Shown here piece after piece: positions 25,981 to 39,167 of a stretch of DNA of 64,000 nucleotides (positions are counted from its first letter, which is position 1; each line of letters opens with the position of its first letter). The translations under genes were made by a program, and so were the position numbers. This DNA is from the human T2T-CHM13v2.0 reference genome, Homo sapiens, in NCBI RefSeq assembly GCF_009914755.1, contig NC_060928.1; one strand, 5' to 3'. Below the pieces are notes generated by a model. That model saw only the letters and a list, made by a program, of their open reading frames with translations, was not told the DNA's origin and did no database searches.

Positions 25981-27489
25981 TCACAGTGAGACCCTGACTT
26001 CGAGTAAGAACCCACACCACTCTGAGCCCTGACACTGCAGTGTGGATCAGAGGACTAGGGTGGCGGTGAGAATGGATACCTGGGCCTTAAAGCTGCTCCG
26101 CCAGGCCCAGAGCCACCCTTCCTCAAAAGTGCCTTGCTTGGGCTTGGTGGGCCTTGAAACAACAGTTTGAGGCTTCCTATCCATCCCCAGGGGTTCCCTG
26201 GGTAATCATGATTAATGCCAGAACTAGGAGCCGGGTGCACTCAGGGCCCTGCTCAGTGATTGGCCCTGTGATCACCCACCCCGGCCCCTTGTTACCGGCC
26301 CCTGCTCCATAGTGGGCAGCCCGTGGATTCCCTAATGAATTCTGTCAGCCCAGCGTGCAGGAGATGGACAGATAGAGAGGCCAAATCCCAAAGTGGATTT
26401 ATAAGTGGAAATCCAGGGATAAATGCGGGGTTGGCGTAGGTGAGGGGAGTTGACCACATCCACTGCTAAATCTCAGATTCCAAGAGGAGCTTAATTCGTA
26501 AGGCTATGTGCTAGAAAAGTCTGCATTAGCCACTTTGGCGTGAGTATATCTCTAAAACCACTAATGAAATTGTGCTTTGGTCAATCAACATTTCTGGGGC
26601 CAGTGGCATGGGTAATCACTGGGCTTGCGTTGTGCTTTTAGACAGGGAAGCCAATGTGGTCCCTGGTACACGCAGTTTTCTTCAACACCGAACGTTTGTT
26701 TTTCCATCTTGTGGGTAGTGAGCCTTTCTTGAGCCAAAATATATGTAGCTCACCCATACAACTTTATTTTGTAGAAAAGGGAGGATAAAAGCTCCATTGA
26801 CCAAGCATCCGTCTCCTGCCACATTCTGCCTGAGGCAGGCCCATGTGGATTATTGCTTGAATCTGGGAAGTGGTTATTCTTGCAGGTGGGAAACTGAGGC
26901 TTTGGGAGATGGGGTACCATGTGCAGGGTCACAGAGCAAGTTGGGGCAAAACAAAAAACCCGATTCAGTGCTGTGAGCCTGAAAAGTGAGTTCTCTCTGC
27001 TTCACCAATGGTTCCCAGCAAGTGCCGTGGACCCTCAGGGAGCTGGAGAGCTGAGACTGTCTCAGAAAGCCGGCTTTGGAGTGGATGGGGTGTAGGGAGT
27101 GAGTGGCAGGAGCTAAGTACAGGGCAGGATGGGGCCCAAATGCCTTGCTCAGTGTCTGCAGTGTCCATCAACCTGTTTCCCTCTCCTGGCCACCTGGGAG
27201 AGGACTCTGGAGTTTCTTGGATTCTGGAGGTCAAACCATCAGGCATGCACTTCCAATAAGGCCTTACACCTGCACATCAGTTGAAACTCCAAAAGCTGCA
27301 CAGATCTTTGGAGGACACATCCTGGCATGGCCACTCACAAGCTGTGTGACTTTGGGGCAAGTTGCTCAGCTTTCTTCTCCTACAAACTTAAACCCTGATC
27401 TCAGTCTATTGTCAGCCTAGGAATAGCTGCAATAACAAAATAAGGAAAAGAAAAGAAATTACTATTGGGATGGATGGAAAAGAATACAT

Positions 27490-27670
27490 CTCAGCCATGT
27501 ACCAGCTGTGTGCCCTTAGTCAAGTTACTCAGCCTCTCTGCGCTCAGTTTCCTTACCTGTAAAATGGGCATATTTTACCTACTTTGAAGGTATTGCCTGT
27601 CATTAAATGAGATGATACATTTAATGGCATTAAATGAGTGCTCATTAAAGCACTTAGCAAAGCTCCTTGC
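27490..27670 (+). mobile_element. MIR SINE
   Basis: agctgtgtgcccttagtcaagttactcagcctctctgcgctcagtttccttacctgtaaaatggg. Confidence 0.85.
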
Positions 27671-27701
27671 ATATGATGTTCAAAAAACTGGCTGTTTTAT
27701 T

Positions 27702-28615
27702 GACACCATCATCATCATCAGTATCATCACTGTAATTACCATCATTGTCACTGCCATGATTTCCACTACCATCACAGTTAGCATCAGCATTATCATTTTC
27801 ATTACCATCCTTATCATTGTCATCATCATCACCACCATCACCATCACAGCCACGATCTTCACCAACATTCCCATCATAACCATCACCATCACAGCCACGA
27901 TCATCACCAACATTACCATCATCACCATTACCACCACCATCATCATCATAATCATTAGCATCACCGTCGTCACCACCACTATCATTACCAACATCACTAC
28001 TGTAACTATCACCATCACCATCATCACCATTACCATCATCATCATCATAATCATTAGCATCACCATCATCATCACCACCACCATTACCAACATCACTAAT
28101 GTAGCTATCACCATCACCATCATCACCGTTACCACCGCCATGATCGTCACAATCATTACCATTACTATCATCATTATCATCATCATCATTATCACGATAG
28201 TTACCATCATCATTGCCATGGTTTCCATTATCATCACAATTAGCATTAGCATTATCATTTTCATTACCATCCTTATCATTGTCATTATCATCACCATCAT
28301 CACCATTGCCAACACCATCATCATAATCATTATCATCACCATCATCATCACCACCACCATCATCACCAACATCAACATCATAACTGTAACCATAACCGTC
28401 ATCGTCACAATCATCACCATTACCACCACCATTGTCATCACCATCATTTCTATTATTGACATCATCGATTGCCATGATCATCATGACAATCAGCATCATC
28501 TTCATCATTATCGATTGTCATGATCATGATCATCATGACATCAGCATCATCTTCATCATTATCATCCTTTTCGTCATCACCACCACCATCGTCACGACCA
28601 CCGTTATTACCATCA
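27702..28615 (+). repeat. Degenerate (CAT/CAC)n trinucleotide low-complexity tract
   Basis: About 910 bp of catcatcaccat-type repeats with internal block duplications; source of the Ile/Thr, Met/Val and Asp/Gly ORFs. Confidence 0.95.
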
Positions 28616-29033
28616 GATGGGCTGTTGGTGTTTCCATGGGACAGATCTGTCATAGTAAGTCTGAGTGATGGTTTAGGACTTGAAGCTGATTTTTTCTGGC
28701 TTGTGGTAGTTAAAAATACTATCCTGACATTCTCTCCACTGTTTATTGTTTTAGAAAATCTATTAGAAAATTGCTTTCTTCCCAGTATGGTTCTCAATTA
28801 GCCAGCATCAGGATTTTCCACTGGCATCTCGGAATGTTCTCATCAGAAACCTCCCGAAAGGCATGATCGTTGAAGCTGGGAGATTTGCCCAAAGGCTGTC
28901 TGGGCACAGAGTTTCTAATGCCAATATTATTTGCTCATGCCCAGCTCTTTCCAGCAAACAGAGGCCTTTCAAACTATTAATATATAAACCAACAGCACAA
29001 GCACTTTGAAAGGAGAAGAGTGTGGGGGCAGGG

Positions 29034-29466
29034 TGCATTCATCTATCCGAGCTGCCATGACAAAATACCAAGGACTAGGTGGCTTAAACAACAGAAATCT
29101 ATTATCTCACCGTTCTGGAGGTTGGAAAGTTTGAGATCAGGTGGCAGCAAATTTGGTTTCTGGTGAGGGCTCTCTTCCTGGCTTATAGATGGCTGTCATC
29201 TCACTGTGTCCTTTCCTCTGTGCTTTCGTAGTGTTGTGGGGGGTGGGACAGTGGGCAGGGCGGGGGGAGAGAAAGGGAGAGAGAGAGAAACCTGGTGTCT
29301 CTTTCTCTTCTCATAAGGACACCAGTTCTATCGGATTAAGGTCCCACCCTTATGACCTCACCTATCATTTATTATCTCCATAAAGGCCCCATCTCCAAGT
29401 ATAGTCTCATTAGGGTTGAGGATTCAATATGTGAATTGGCCGGGGGACACAAAAAAGTCCATAAGA
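29034..29466 (-). mobile_element. MLT1A-type MaLR solo LTR
   Basis: ggtggcttaaacaacagaaat, tttctggtgagggctctcttcctggctt, aaaggccccatctccaa. Confidence 0.85.
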
Positions 29467-29479
29467 GGAGGAAAGGGCA

Positions 29480-29700
29480 TATTAATGAAGCATGTGCCAT
29501 GTGCCAGGCATTGAACCAGGCACTTTCGTAGATACCATTTCATTTGAGTCTCAAGAGGACTCCGTGAGGCAGGCAGCATAATCTCCATTTTATGAATGAG
29601 GAAGCTGAGACCTAGTGAGTGTAAGCAAATTGTTCAATACCACACAGCTAGTAGGACCTGGGTTTTTAGTTCAGGTCTATCTGACTTCAAATACCACACC
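29480..29700 (-). mobile_element. MIR SINE
   Basis: atgtgccaggcatt...ccattttatgaatgaggaagctgag...cacacagctagta. Confidence 0.8.
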
Positions 29701-29939
29701 CTTTTTTAATATCAATTATTCTCAGCAAATGGCCCATGGACCCCTGGACATTCTCTGAGGTCTATGAGGTAAAATCTTGTGTTGATAGTAATATTAATAT
29801 TGTATCGTAATGTTAGTATTAATACTAATACTACTAACACTAAGTTATATTTTACTCTGTTGACTAATCACTGATGATACAAATCCAACAGTGGGGAAAA
29901 CCGCTAAGGCTTAACTCGAATCAAAATGCTGGCCCCAAA

Positions 29940-30076
29940 CTATGCTATGCCATGCCATGCCATGCCATGCCATGCCACGCCACGCCACGCCATGCCATGC
30001 CATGCCATGCTATGCTATGCTATGCTATGCTATGCTATGCTATGCTATGCTATGCTATGCTATGCTATACTATGCT
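29940..30076. repeat. Compound pentanucleotide microsatellite (CATGC)n/(CACGC)n/(TATGC)n
   Basis: Direct reading of the 5-bp period. Confidence 0.95.
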
Positions 30077-30380
30077 AATAGTTACGGTATTGTTCACCAT
30101 CATGCAGTCAGTAAAACATAAACACATAATCTTCAATGAAGCAATAAAATTCGTTAAGGATTGTCAAATCTCAATCTTTGAGAATGTCTTTTCAGCATTC
30201 TGTGTGACAAAATGGGAAGCCTGCATAAAGCACTTCCACTGCAGATGGAAGAAACACAGTCGTGCAGTCATTTGAGTGGTAAGCGAAACTCACTGCCTTC
30301 TTCACGGAGTACCCTTTTTATTTGAAAGAATGATTGACAGGCTAACCATGGTTATTCGGACTTGTGTTTTTGGTAGACAA

Positions 30381-30520
30381 TTTTTTTTTTTGAGAAAAGG
30401 ACACTAAGTTTTTAATAAGGGGAACAAAAAATTGTTTTCACCAGTATAGATTCACATTACAGTACACCAATATTGACAGCATTCTCTTGTCTATTTTTGG
30501 TACAGAAGATGGTATCTCTC
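30381..30520 (-). pseudogene. 5'-truncated processed retrocopy (3' UTR-like fragment), parent gene unidentified
   Basis: Interrupts Charlie1a; T11 at 30381-30391, ATTAAA on the minus strand (30411-30416) 19 nt before the poly(A), flanking duplication ggtagaca(a)ttttt at 30372 and 30521. Confidence 0.7.
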
Positions 30521-30607
30521 GGTAGACATTTTTTGAGAATGAACAAAGTGAGTCTGTTGCTTCAAGGTGAACAGCTAATAGTGTTTATCTGCAGAGAGAT
30601 CTGAGCC

Positions 30608-30897
30608 TTTTTTTTTTGAGACAGAGTCTCACTCTGTCACACAGGCCAGAGTACCGTGGCACAATCTCGGCTCACTGCAACCTCCGCCTCCTAGGTTCAA
30701 GCGATTCTCCTGCCTCAGCCTCCTGAGTAGCTGGGACTACAGACACACACCATCACACCCAGCTAATTTTGGTGTTTTTACTAGAGACGGGGTTTCATTA
30801 TGTTGGCCAGGTTGGTCTTGATCCCTTGACCTCATGATCCACCCACCTCAGCCTCCCAAAGTGCTGGGATTACAGGCGTGAGCCACCGTGCCAGGCC
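30608..30897 (-). mobile_element. AluS (Sc/Sg-like) SINE
   Basis: Full length; gacctcatgatcc lacks the 2 bases present in Sx; degenerate TSD gagat.tg..cttt. Confidence 0.9.
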
Positions 30898-31626
30898 GAG
30901 ATTTGCACTTTTAACAAAACTTAGAATTTTAGAAAGCTTGTATCCATCATTGTGAGCTTGTTCTCCAAATTTAAAGACTTTTTGATGATAGTATTAGCGA
31001 ATGTGCTTCCTTTTGATGTTGTAAAATTCAGTGTGTGAACATTTGGCAGATCTTGTAAGTCAGTGAACCAGCATTTTCCAAGGACTAATGCTGATGTTTC
31101 AGAATCTCACATAGGCAAAAGATACCTCCAAAGTGCTAGACAGACTAATGGATTTTAATGTGACAAAGAACAAAATGTTCACTGATGTGTTTTCAGGTTC
31201 CACATTAAAATACTATACTACTGCTTGTCAAGTTTTTTGTGGTATCAAGAAATTATCTGAAAAGCCTATAAAAATACTTGTCCTGCATCCAACAACATAT
31301 CTGTGAGGCCAGATTTTCTTTATATACTTCAACCAAACAATCTATCTCACAACAGATTGCAGAAGGAGATAGGAGAATTCAACAATCCTCTAGTAAACCA
31401 GAAGATAAAAAATTTGCAAAAATATAAGACAATGCCACTCTTCTCACCGATTTTTTTTTTAATAAAAACAAGTTATTTGTGTTAACGCATACAAGTTTTG
31501 TTATTATGGTTTTTAAGTGAATTAATATTTAAAAATATTTTTAGTTTTAATTTCTAGTGCTGGTAGATTTAGTACATAAGCAAAAGCAATTTAGGGGTCC
31601 TCAATAATTTTTAAGAGTACAAACGA

Positions 31627-31973
<347 letters not shown>

Positions 31974-32889
31974 TTAGTCCATTTTGCAGTTGAGGAAACG
32001 AAAGCTGGGAGAGGCTGGCGATGTGGCTGAGGTCGCCATGCTGGAAAATGACCCAACATGATGGCAAGGGCTGGTGATGCGCTGCCCAGATTCCCCAGCT
32101 GTTGGAAGATGGAACTCAGCTGTTGGCCCTCTTTGGGGATTTTTTTGGCTGAAGAAAACTGAACCTGTACTTGGGCTGGAGTTATGCAAACTCACGCCCC
32201 TTTCCAGGGTCAGCTCCATCCATGGCCTGTCCAGCTGGGCATCAAGGCCTGGCCTCTAGTCCCAGCTGGGATGGCTCTGAAGGGTCATCCCTGATACAAA
32301 ACCCTGGGGAAACTGCACTGCAGTTCCATGCCTTCCTCTGCTCAGCCTGCTCCCTCCTCGCCCACCCCATAGGTGTGGAGCCCTGGAACATACCCTAAGA
32401 ACCATCCTGCTCACTTCCTGGGGGACCCACTGTGACAGCCAATGGGAATGCAAACTGGGCACCTCAGACCCCAGTCCCAGGCTCTTCCGCTCGAGGAAGG
32501 TCTCACATCAGCGGAGGGTTTGGTTGACACTGAATACATTTGTCCCATCCTTGATTTGCAAGCCACCACAAAGTCAGCTCCTGATACTCCATTGTTTGAT
32601 CGACGGGGCGAGGGAAGCCACACAATATTCAGGATCCTTCATACTAGTGGGTCACTTGAAGAAAAGACAGTCCAGTAAAGTGCTGCCTAAAGGGAACTGA
32701 TTCATTACCCAACTTTTCTCTGTGTACCTCCTGTGTGCTAAGCATCTTGCCAGACCCCAAGGAGATCTGTCCCCTTTCTGAGAGGAGCCAGGGGATGGGG
32801 GAGAGAAACCTACAGCTACAGGAAACCATTCTCTGCTTTCCAGTTGAGTGTTCTTTTCCTGAGAACCCACAGTCTACAGTTTGAGGTGT

Positions 32890-33045
32890 AGCTTCAGAAG
32901 CCAGCACTCTGGTCCTCAAACACCCCTCTGTGACTCTCTGCCTCAGTTTCCTCACCTATAAACTGGGATAGTGATGTACCTACCTCCTAAGGTTACCTTG
33001 AGGAACAAAGAACACGTAACAAACCTTTTGCCGATGTGAGCTATT
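32890..33045 (+). mobile_element. MIR SINE
   Basis: ctctctgcctcagtttcctcacctataaactgggatagtgatgtacctacctc. Confidence 0.75.
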
Positions 33046-33287
33046 ATTAGAACTTCTCTATCCAGCCCAAGTCCAGACCCTGCATCGGGGAGATTTTAGG
33101 TCGTCTGTAAAAGGATGGGGAAGGGTATTCTGCTGTGAGGGGCCAGCATGAGTGAGGGCCTAGGGCTGGAAAGTGTGTGGCTCCATTAGTCTACCAATGT
33201 TCCTCGAGCGTCTGCTCTGTGCCGGGTCACACACCAGGCAGGAGGAAGCAGACTTGGCGCCAGCTTCACGGTGCTAACAGAGTTATG
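33046..33287 (+). repeat. Donor of the inverted copy at 42610-42852
   Basis: Ungapped match to the reverse complement of 42615-42852, about 24 mismatches in 237 bp by hand count. Confidence 0.95.
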
Positions 33288-34279
33288 CTGGACGTGGCAT
33301 CAAGCAAAGCACTAAAATAGTCACTGTGCAGCCGCCACCGTGGCTATTCAGAGAGTGAAGAGGAGGGGAGGGACTGGCTGGGGCTGAACTTAGGCCTATG
33401 TGGGGCTTTGATGGGATGTGGAGGGAGAGGGGTGGGGAGGGCCCGGACCAACTACAGTCAGCTCTGAGTTCAGTTGGAGGAATGCAGACCTGATCCTCTG
33501 CTGGCACTAAGTAGCCTTCATCAGGTTCACAGCTCTCCTCTGCCTGGGTTTGAGAGACTTCAGGGTCAAGGACAGAGCACCTACAACTCAGAAGAGCAGC
33601 TTTGAGCCTATAATTCTGGCACTTTCTACCTCCTTTCAAAGTGCATGAGAGATGAGAATTGAGCTCTCTAAATGTGCTTGTGTATAAGAGGGGAGTGGTT
33701 ATCTGATCAGAACCTCGGTCTCTCAGAGGTAGGAGAAGCCTGTGCAGCCATTCCTGGATGCATGAATCCACCCTAGGACTCCCCAGACACAGGTACGTGC
33801 AGCCCTGCTTGCACATCTCCAGCGACAGTGAGCTCATTACGTCGCTGGAATGTAGCTGGGAAGCTCTCTACATTCTCCTGCTGAGGCTAAGGCCTTCCCT
33901 TTGCTAAAGGTCTTCTTCCTCTGTCTCTTGCTTTTATTGTGACCGATTTCCCTTCCAGACTTGCTTCTGGTTGACTTTCTCCTTATGTTTTGCCCTTTTA
34001 CTCTTCTGCTTCCTTCCTTCCTGTGTTCCCCAGGCCTCCCGCTCCCGTGCTTTCCCTGCATCAAACCCCTGGAGTCCCATTCACTCACCGTTACCTGAGC
34101 CTCTCCTGCATGTCACAGGAACAGAGGTGTTAACTGGGTCAATCCTTGCTCTCACGAAGCTCATAGTGCACTGGGGCCCTGCCCACGTGGTGGATGAGGT
34201 GTGAGGGGCGAAGGAGAAACCATTTATAAATAAATCTCTCCTAGCCAGAAGACTGGAGAATCACAGCATGAAATGAACA

Positions 34280-34490
34280 CGGAATTCAAACCCAGATCTG
34301 CCTGAGTGTGGACAGATCCCGTTTCTCCTGCCCCTGTCTGTGTACACCAGTGACTTTACTTTTCTGAGCCTCAGTTTCCTCACCTGGAAAGTAGATAGAT
34401 TACGATCTACCTCTCTGGCCTGTTGTGAGGATAAAATAAAGTCTGGTGTGTTAGCCCCTGGCACGCAGTAGGTACACAGCCCCAGTAAGT
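34280..34490 (+). mobile_element. MIR SINE
   Basis: tctgagcctcagtttcctcacctggaaa...gttgtgaggataaaataa...cctggcacgcagtagg. Confidence 0.75.
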
Positions 34491-34909
34491 TGGGGTCCTC
34501 CTGTCCAAAATCAGCAGGGCCTTGGAGCAGCTCCCGAATTCTAGCACCTGGCAAGTGGCTGGTGGGTCGGATTAGGGACATATGTTAGCAACTTTCTGGT
34601 CAGCAGAGGTCGGCCAAGCAATTGGCTCCACCAGACTCTGGGCTTCCTTAACCAATTTGGACACAAGAAACAGCCACAGCACAGACCTTGGCGTTCCTCA
34701 TGTAACCCCAGCTCCCACATACCCAGGGAGGAGCCGTAGCCTCCAATGGTGTGGCCAGGCTAATCAAAGAGGGCCAATGTGCGCTGGGCAGCTGCTTCTA
34801 GAGGTGAGCCCATGCTACCACTTGAAGGCCAGTGTGGCTGAGCCCGGTCCCTCATGCCCAGCTGTCTAGGGCCTGGGGCCTCTCCCCACCACCTGAAAGG
34901 CTGGGCCTG

Positions 34910-35095
34910 TGCTCTGGTGTCAGATGCACCTCGATTTAAACTCCCTGCTGCCATTTTCTAGTTGTGGTCCTCTGGGCAAGTCACATCACCTCTCTGACCT
35001 CAGTTTCCCCTTCTGTAAAATGGGAGTAAAACGATGCACACTCCACTGAATCACTGTGAGGATGAAATGGGAGAAAGGATACTTAGCACTGCACA
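34910..35095 (+). mobile_element. MIR SINE
   Basis: tgggcaagtcacatcacctctctgacctcagtttccccttctgtaaaatggg. Confidence 0.8.
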
Positions 35096-35349
35096 GGTGG
35101 TCATTTGGGAAATGCTATTTATTAAGGTGAGTTTTCCCACGAAGGCCAATGCCAGGAACAGAGCTGAAGAGAATCTGATCGCTCACATCTACAGGAAATG
35201 ATAAAAAATGGAGCAGGACCTAAAACCATGCCCAGGGGGTAACAGTGAATAGCTGGCAAGGCTTGGCCTGGCAGTGGGGGGGATGCTGGCAGGTGGGAGG
35301 GGCTCAGCACATACCTGTTGACTAAAGGAATGAGAAGTCACTCAGGAGG

Positions 35350-35658
35350 ACTTGATCTCTGCCTTCAACTACATGTGAGAAGGAAAAGCCAGCTTCATCT
35401 CTGAGGGGCTAAGAGGCAGATCAAGATGAGAAAGATGTGAGGAGGCAAGGCTCAGGGTAAGGAAGTCTCCTCCTGCAGCCAGGGCAGTCCAAAGATAGAG
35501 AAAGAAGCTTCTGGGAAAGTGAGCTCCCCGTCACTGGAGGTGTGTAAATCTGGTTGGAAGAATTGTAGGCAGACATGTCATAAAGGGATTCCTGCACTGG
35601 GTGGAAACTTTATTTCTGGGATGTCCAAGGTACTTTCCAACCCTGAGAGCCTATGATA
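35350..35658 (+). mobile_element. L3/CR1 LINE 3' fragment
   Basis: gtgagctccccgtcactggaggtgt, gggattcctgcactggg, ttccaaccctgagagcctatgat. Confidence 0.7.
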
Positions 35659-35809
35659 CTAGGAGAAATTTTTTCTTCCAACTCCAAGATTAGTGAAGGT
35701 AGCCTAATGCTGTTGCCAACAACCTCGTCACTCATTGCTTCATGCTGTGGAAGTGTATTTCTTGGCCAAGTAACAGCTCCATGCAGGTACTTACCAGTGG
35801 CCTTCCTCC

Positions 35810-36086
35810 AGGCAGTGACTCAGGCATCAAGGCTCCTTCCACCTGTGGTTCCACCTTCCCTTGAGTCTCTGAGTTCTTAGATGGATCCTGTGCATAAGGC
35901 TACACAATGTGGGAAAAGAAAAAGTGGAGGATCACACGGAAGATTTTCACCGACCAACCTTAGAAATGGTGCACTTAATGCCTCCCCATAGTCCATTGGC
36001 CAGAACTGCAAGGGAGGCTGGAAAATGCAGTCTAGCTGGGTGCCCAGGGGAAGAGGAAGTGGGCGTGGTGAGCAGCTAGTCACTAC
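35810..36086 (-). mobile_element. Old MLT1 (J/K-type) LTR fragment
   Basis: tccattggccagaactgcaagggaggctggaaaatgcagtctagctgggtgcccag. Confidence 0.75.
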
Positions 36087-36163
36087 CTTAGGAGCTGGGG
36101 CTCTCATTTGTGCATTCATCATTTATCCATCCAGTGAGCGCTCAGTGAGCACCTACTGTGTGC

Positions 36164-36254
36164 CAAGCCTGTACCCTGGGATATAAACATGAATCGGACA
36201 CAGTCCCCTCTCTGGGAGTCCACACCTAGGTTCGCAGCCCAGGCACATCCACCA
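36164..36254 (+). repeat. Donor (within an antisense L2 fragment) of the direct copy at 42523-42612
   Basis: ccctgggatataaacatgaat.gga.acagtcccctctctgggagtccac.cctaggttc shared by both copies. Confidence 0.92.
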
Positions 36255-38524
36255 GCTATTGCCTGCAGTTTGGCAGTGACAACCATGATCTAAAGACAGG
36301 ATAACTGATGACCTTCATCCTAGCACCACCATGTGATATGGAAATGATCTCTCGGGCCCATGCCCTCATCTGTAAAGCAGGAAGAATACTACTGAGCTCA
36401 AAGGATGATGCAATACAAGCAAAGCATGGGAAGCCCTCTGCAAATGGGAGTGAATATTCCCTATGTCCACGTCCTCCAGTATCAGTCCTCTCTGAGTGTT
36501 TTGGGTTGGATCAGGAGATGCTGGGTACCACAGTACAACAGTGGTGGCCTTCCGCACACCCCGCAGTGTGGGGAGTGAACATGAATTTAGTCAGGGATGT
36601 AGGAGGCTTTTGCCCTTAAATCCTTGGCAGGTTGGTAGTGACCCCTCTGTCCTCACAAACAGTGGCCTGAACAGAGGTGCCCAGTCCCAGCTCCACTCAC
36701 TTCAAGGACTGGAGAGGGAAGAGTCTGAAGGGAAAAGTACCTGGAGCCAATGTGTGTATTCCTCCATCCCTCAGCGCATCAGCCTCACTGGAAAGAATAA
36801 TCCAGGGCAGTTTCTCTTTTATCTCAGAGCCTAAGCTCAAAGAGTTGCATTACACAGCCCTGGGGGAGTTTTCCCAGAATGGAAAAGCTTAATATCAGAG
36901 AGGTTTAGCAAGCTTCCTGCTGTCGCAGAGCTGAGTGGAAGAGCAGGGATTGCCACCCAAGTTGGCCTGCTTAATGACATCTTTAGGGACATGAGTGTCA
37001 AACTCCCAGGGGAAACCCTGGTTCTAGCTCAGCCATTTTTGCCTCCTGTGTGAGCACTACTCACTTTCTTTGAAAACAGAGATGACAGCAATGTCTTCCC
37101 ATCTGGAGAGATCAGTGAGAAATATTTTGTGTAAAATCTTGGCCCCAGGTCCAGCATGTAGCAGAGAACAAACTGGAAGGTGGTACGGTAAGGTAGTTAG
37201 GTGCATGGACACTGAGAGTCAGCCTCCGCCGCTTAGTAGCTGTGACAACTTATGCAAATGCATCTTCTTTGCGCTTCAGTTTGCTCATCTGTTAAACGGA
37301 GGTGATGAAATACCTAGTAAGCATCACGTACGCATAGTTTTATTCTCATCTGTACATTGATGAGGTTGATTCCTATTAGTTTGTTAAGCTACCTACTCTT
37401 TGCAAATAGATAAGATGAAGGTGTCTTAAGCTAGAGTTTTGCATTTTTACTTTATGGTGCCTGGAAACGAGTCCAGCAATCTCAGCTCTGGGAAGGATGT
37501 TTGAGTAGAGAGAAGATTGAGTCTAGGAATTCAACTTCCTCCACTTTACTGATGGGGAACCAGAGGTCCAGAAAAGGAAAGGGGTTTACCCAGGAGCTTG
37601 CAACTCACTCAGTGCTACCCTTGTACGCTTTGCCCACCTCTTTCTGTCTTAGAAAATGATGCCAAGCCTTGGTTAATGTGTGTGATGGAAACCTGCAGAG
37701 GCTCTGATGAAGCAGTCCTGGGCCATGACGGGGAAGCCTTGCGTGTCCGATGTTAGCCTGGGCTTTGCATTTATTCTCAATGTGAGTCTCCTTTCTTCTT
37801 TCTGTCTTATGCCTCGCACATCCCCTCTCAGGCTAAGGCAAACAAGTTGGAGAATTTTAGAATTGTAGCCACATAGACCCTCAGGCAGCAAGAGGTTCTA
37901 GACTCCACATTTCAATCCTACAAACATTTATTATATTAGGCGCCAGACCCCGAACTAAGGGGATTTAGTAGTAAATAAAACAGACATGGCTTCTGATCTC
38001 GCAGTCATGCTGGGAGACAGACGCTAAACAAACACAAACAGGTCTGGGCTGGGTCATCTTCAGCAAGTTGCCCCTCAAGCCTCAGTTTCTCCATTTATAA
38101 AATAAGGTGAATGACCCCTGCTTCCCAGAGTTGACCTGAGGATAAAATGAAGTGGGTTGAGACATAGGCCACCACATTAGTAGACATTCTAAAAAGTGGA
38201 ATTATTTCCTGCTCTCCCTGATTGCGGAGGGAAAGACTGCACTTGGGTTTCTAAGGCTCCTCGAGTAGCTGAAAAAGAAGAGGGTGATACAAATAAACAG
38301 AAGGGCGTGCTCTGTGCCAGTCCGGGCCAGGGCCCTCTTGGCATGGCAATTCCACTAGGTCTGAGAAGCTGAAAGCAAAGGTTATTAGCTGAAAATGCAC
38401 CACTGAGCCTGTTCGTTCTCCAGATAATCCAGTTTATGTATCTGATAAAATGGGATCAAAATGAGAAACACATTTCCAAAAGGAGTTGGAAACAGCATTG
38501 TCCTTCCTCCAGAGCATTTTACAA

Positions 38525-38757
38525 CTGCAAAATCACGGTGATTCATGACTATTTCACATGATCGATCCTCAAGCAGCAGCGAGTGCAGCACTGCAGTTAC
38601 CCAGACCAGGGGTGGACTCCAGCTCCACCACATGGAAGCTGGGCAGCCATGTGGGCGAGTCACAGCTTCTGTGAGCCCTGGTTTTCTCAACTATGAAAAT
38701 GGAAATAATCATATCTGATGAGCAATGCTACTGGCATGTAATTGAAACTCAAAGGGA
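38525..38757 (+). repeat. Left arm (donor) of a local inverted duplication
   Basis: About 90% match by hand to the reverse complement of 39736-39967; partly MIR-derived. Confidence 0.95.
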
Positions 38758-39167
38758 ACTTCAGAATGTAAGCTTATGAGAGAGAAGATTTGGTCTATTT
38801 CGTTGTGATACCTGCAATGTTAAAACAGTACTTAGAGCATACTAGGTGCTCATTAAAATGTTCATTGAATGAACAGTACACAACAGTGCTCAGCAAATAC
38901 TTGTTGAATGAATAATTGAATAGACATAATCATATAAGTATGTCTTTCTAGCCTCACAGCATTTCCTGGAGATTTTTGTTTGTTTGTGGGTTTTTGTTTT
39001 TGTTTGTTTTTTATTTTGGTAGCTGAGACATTTCGACTCAGAGAGGTGAAGTAATGCATCCTGGTCCATGCACCTAATTAGGGGCTGCCTCTTACCTTTG
39101 AACCCAGTTGTGTTTGGTCCCATATGCCTTATATTTTCCATTGCATCTAGAAGTTTCTTGGAAGTTG

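Noticed and set aside
27612-28523. 303-, 284- and 261-aa ORFs (Ile/Thr, Asp/Gly, Met/Val rich)
   Set aside because: Open in several frames only because the (CAY)n tract lacks stops; no domain, no splice context
33283-33837. 184-aa minus-strand ORF
   Set aside because: Begins in an L3/CR1-like relic and crosses L2-like sequence; no protein family recognised
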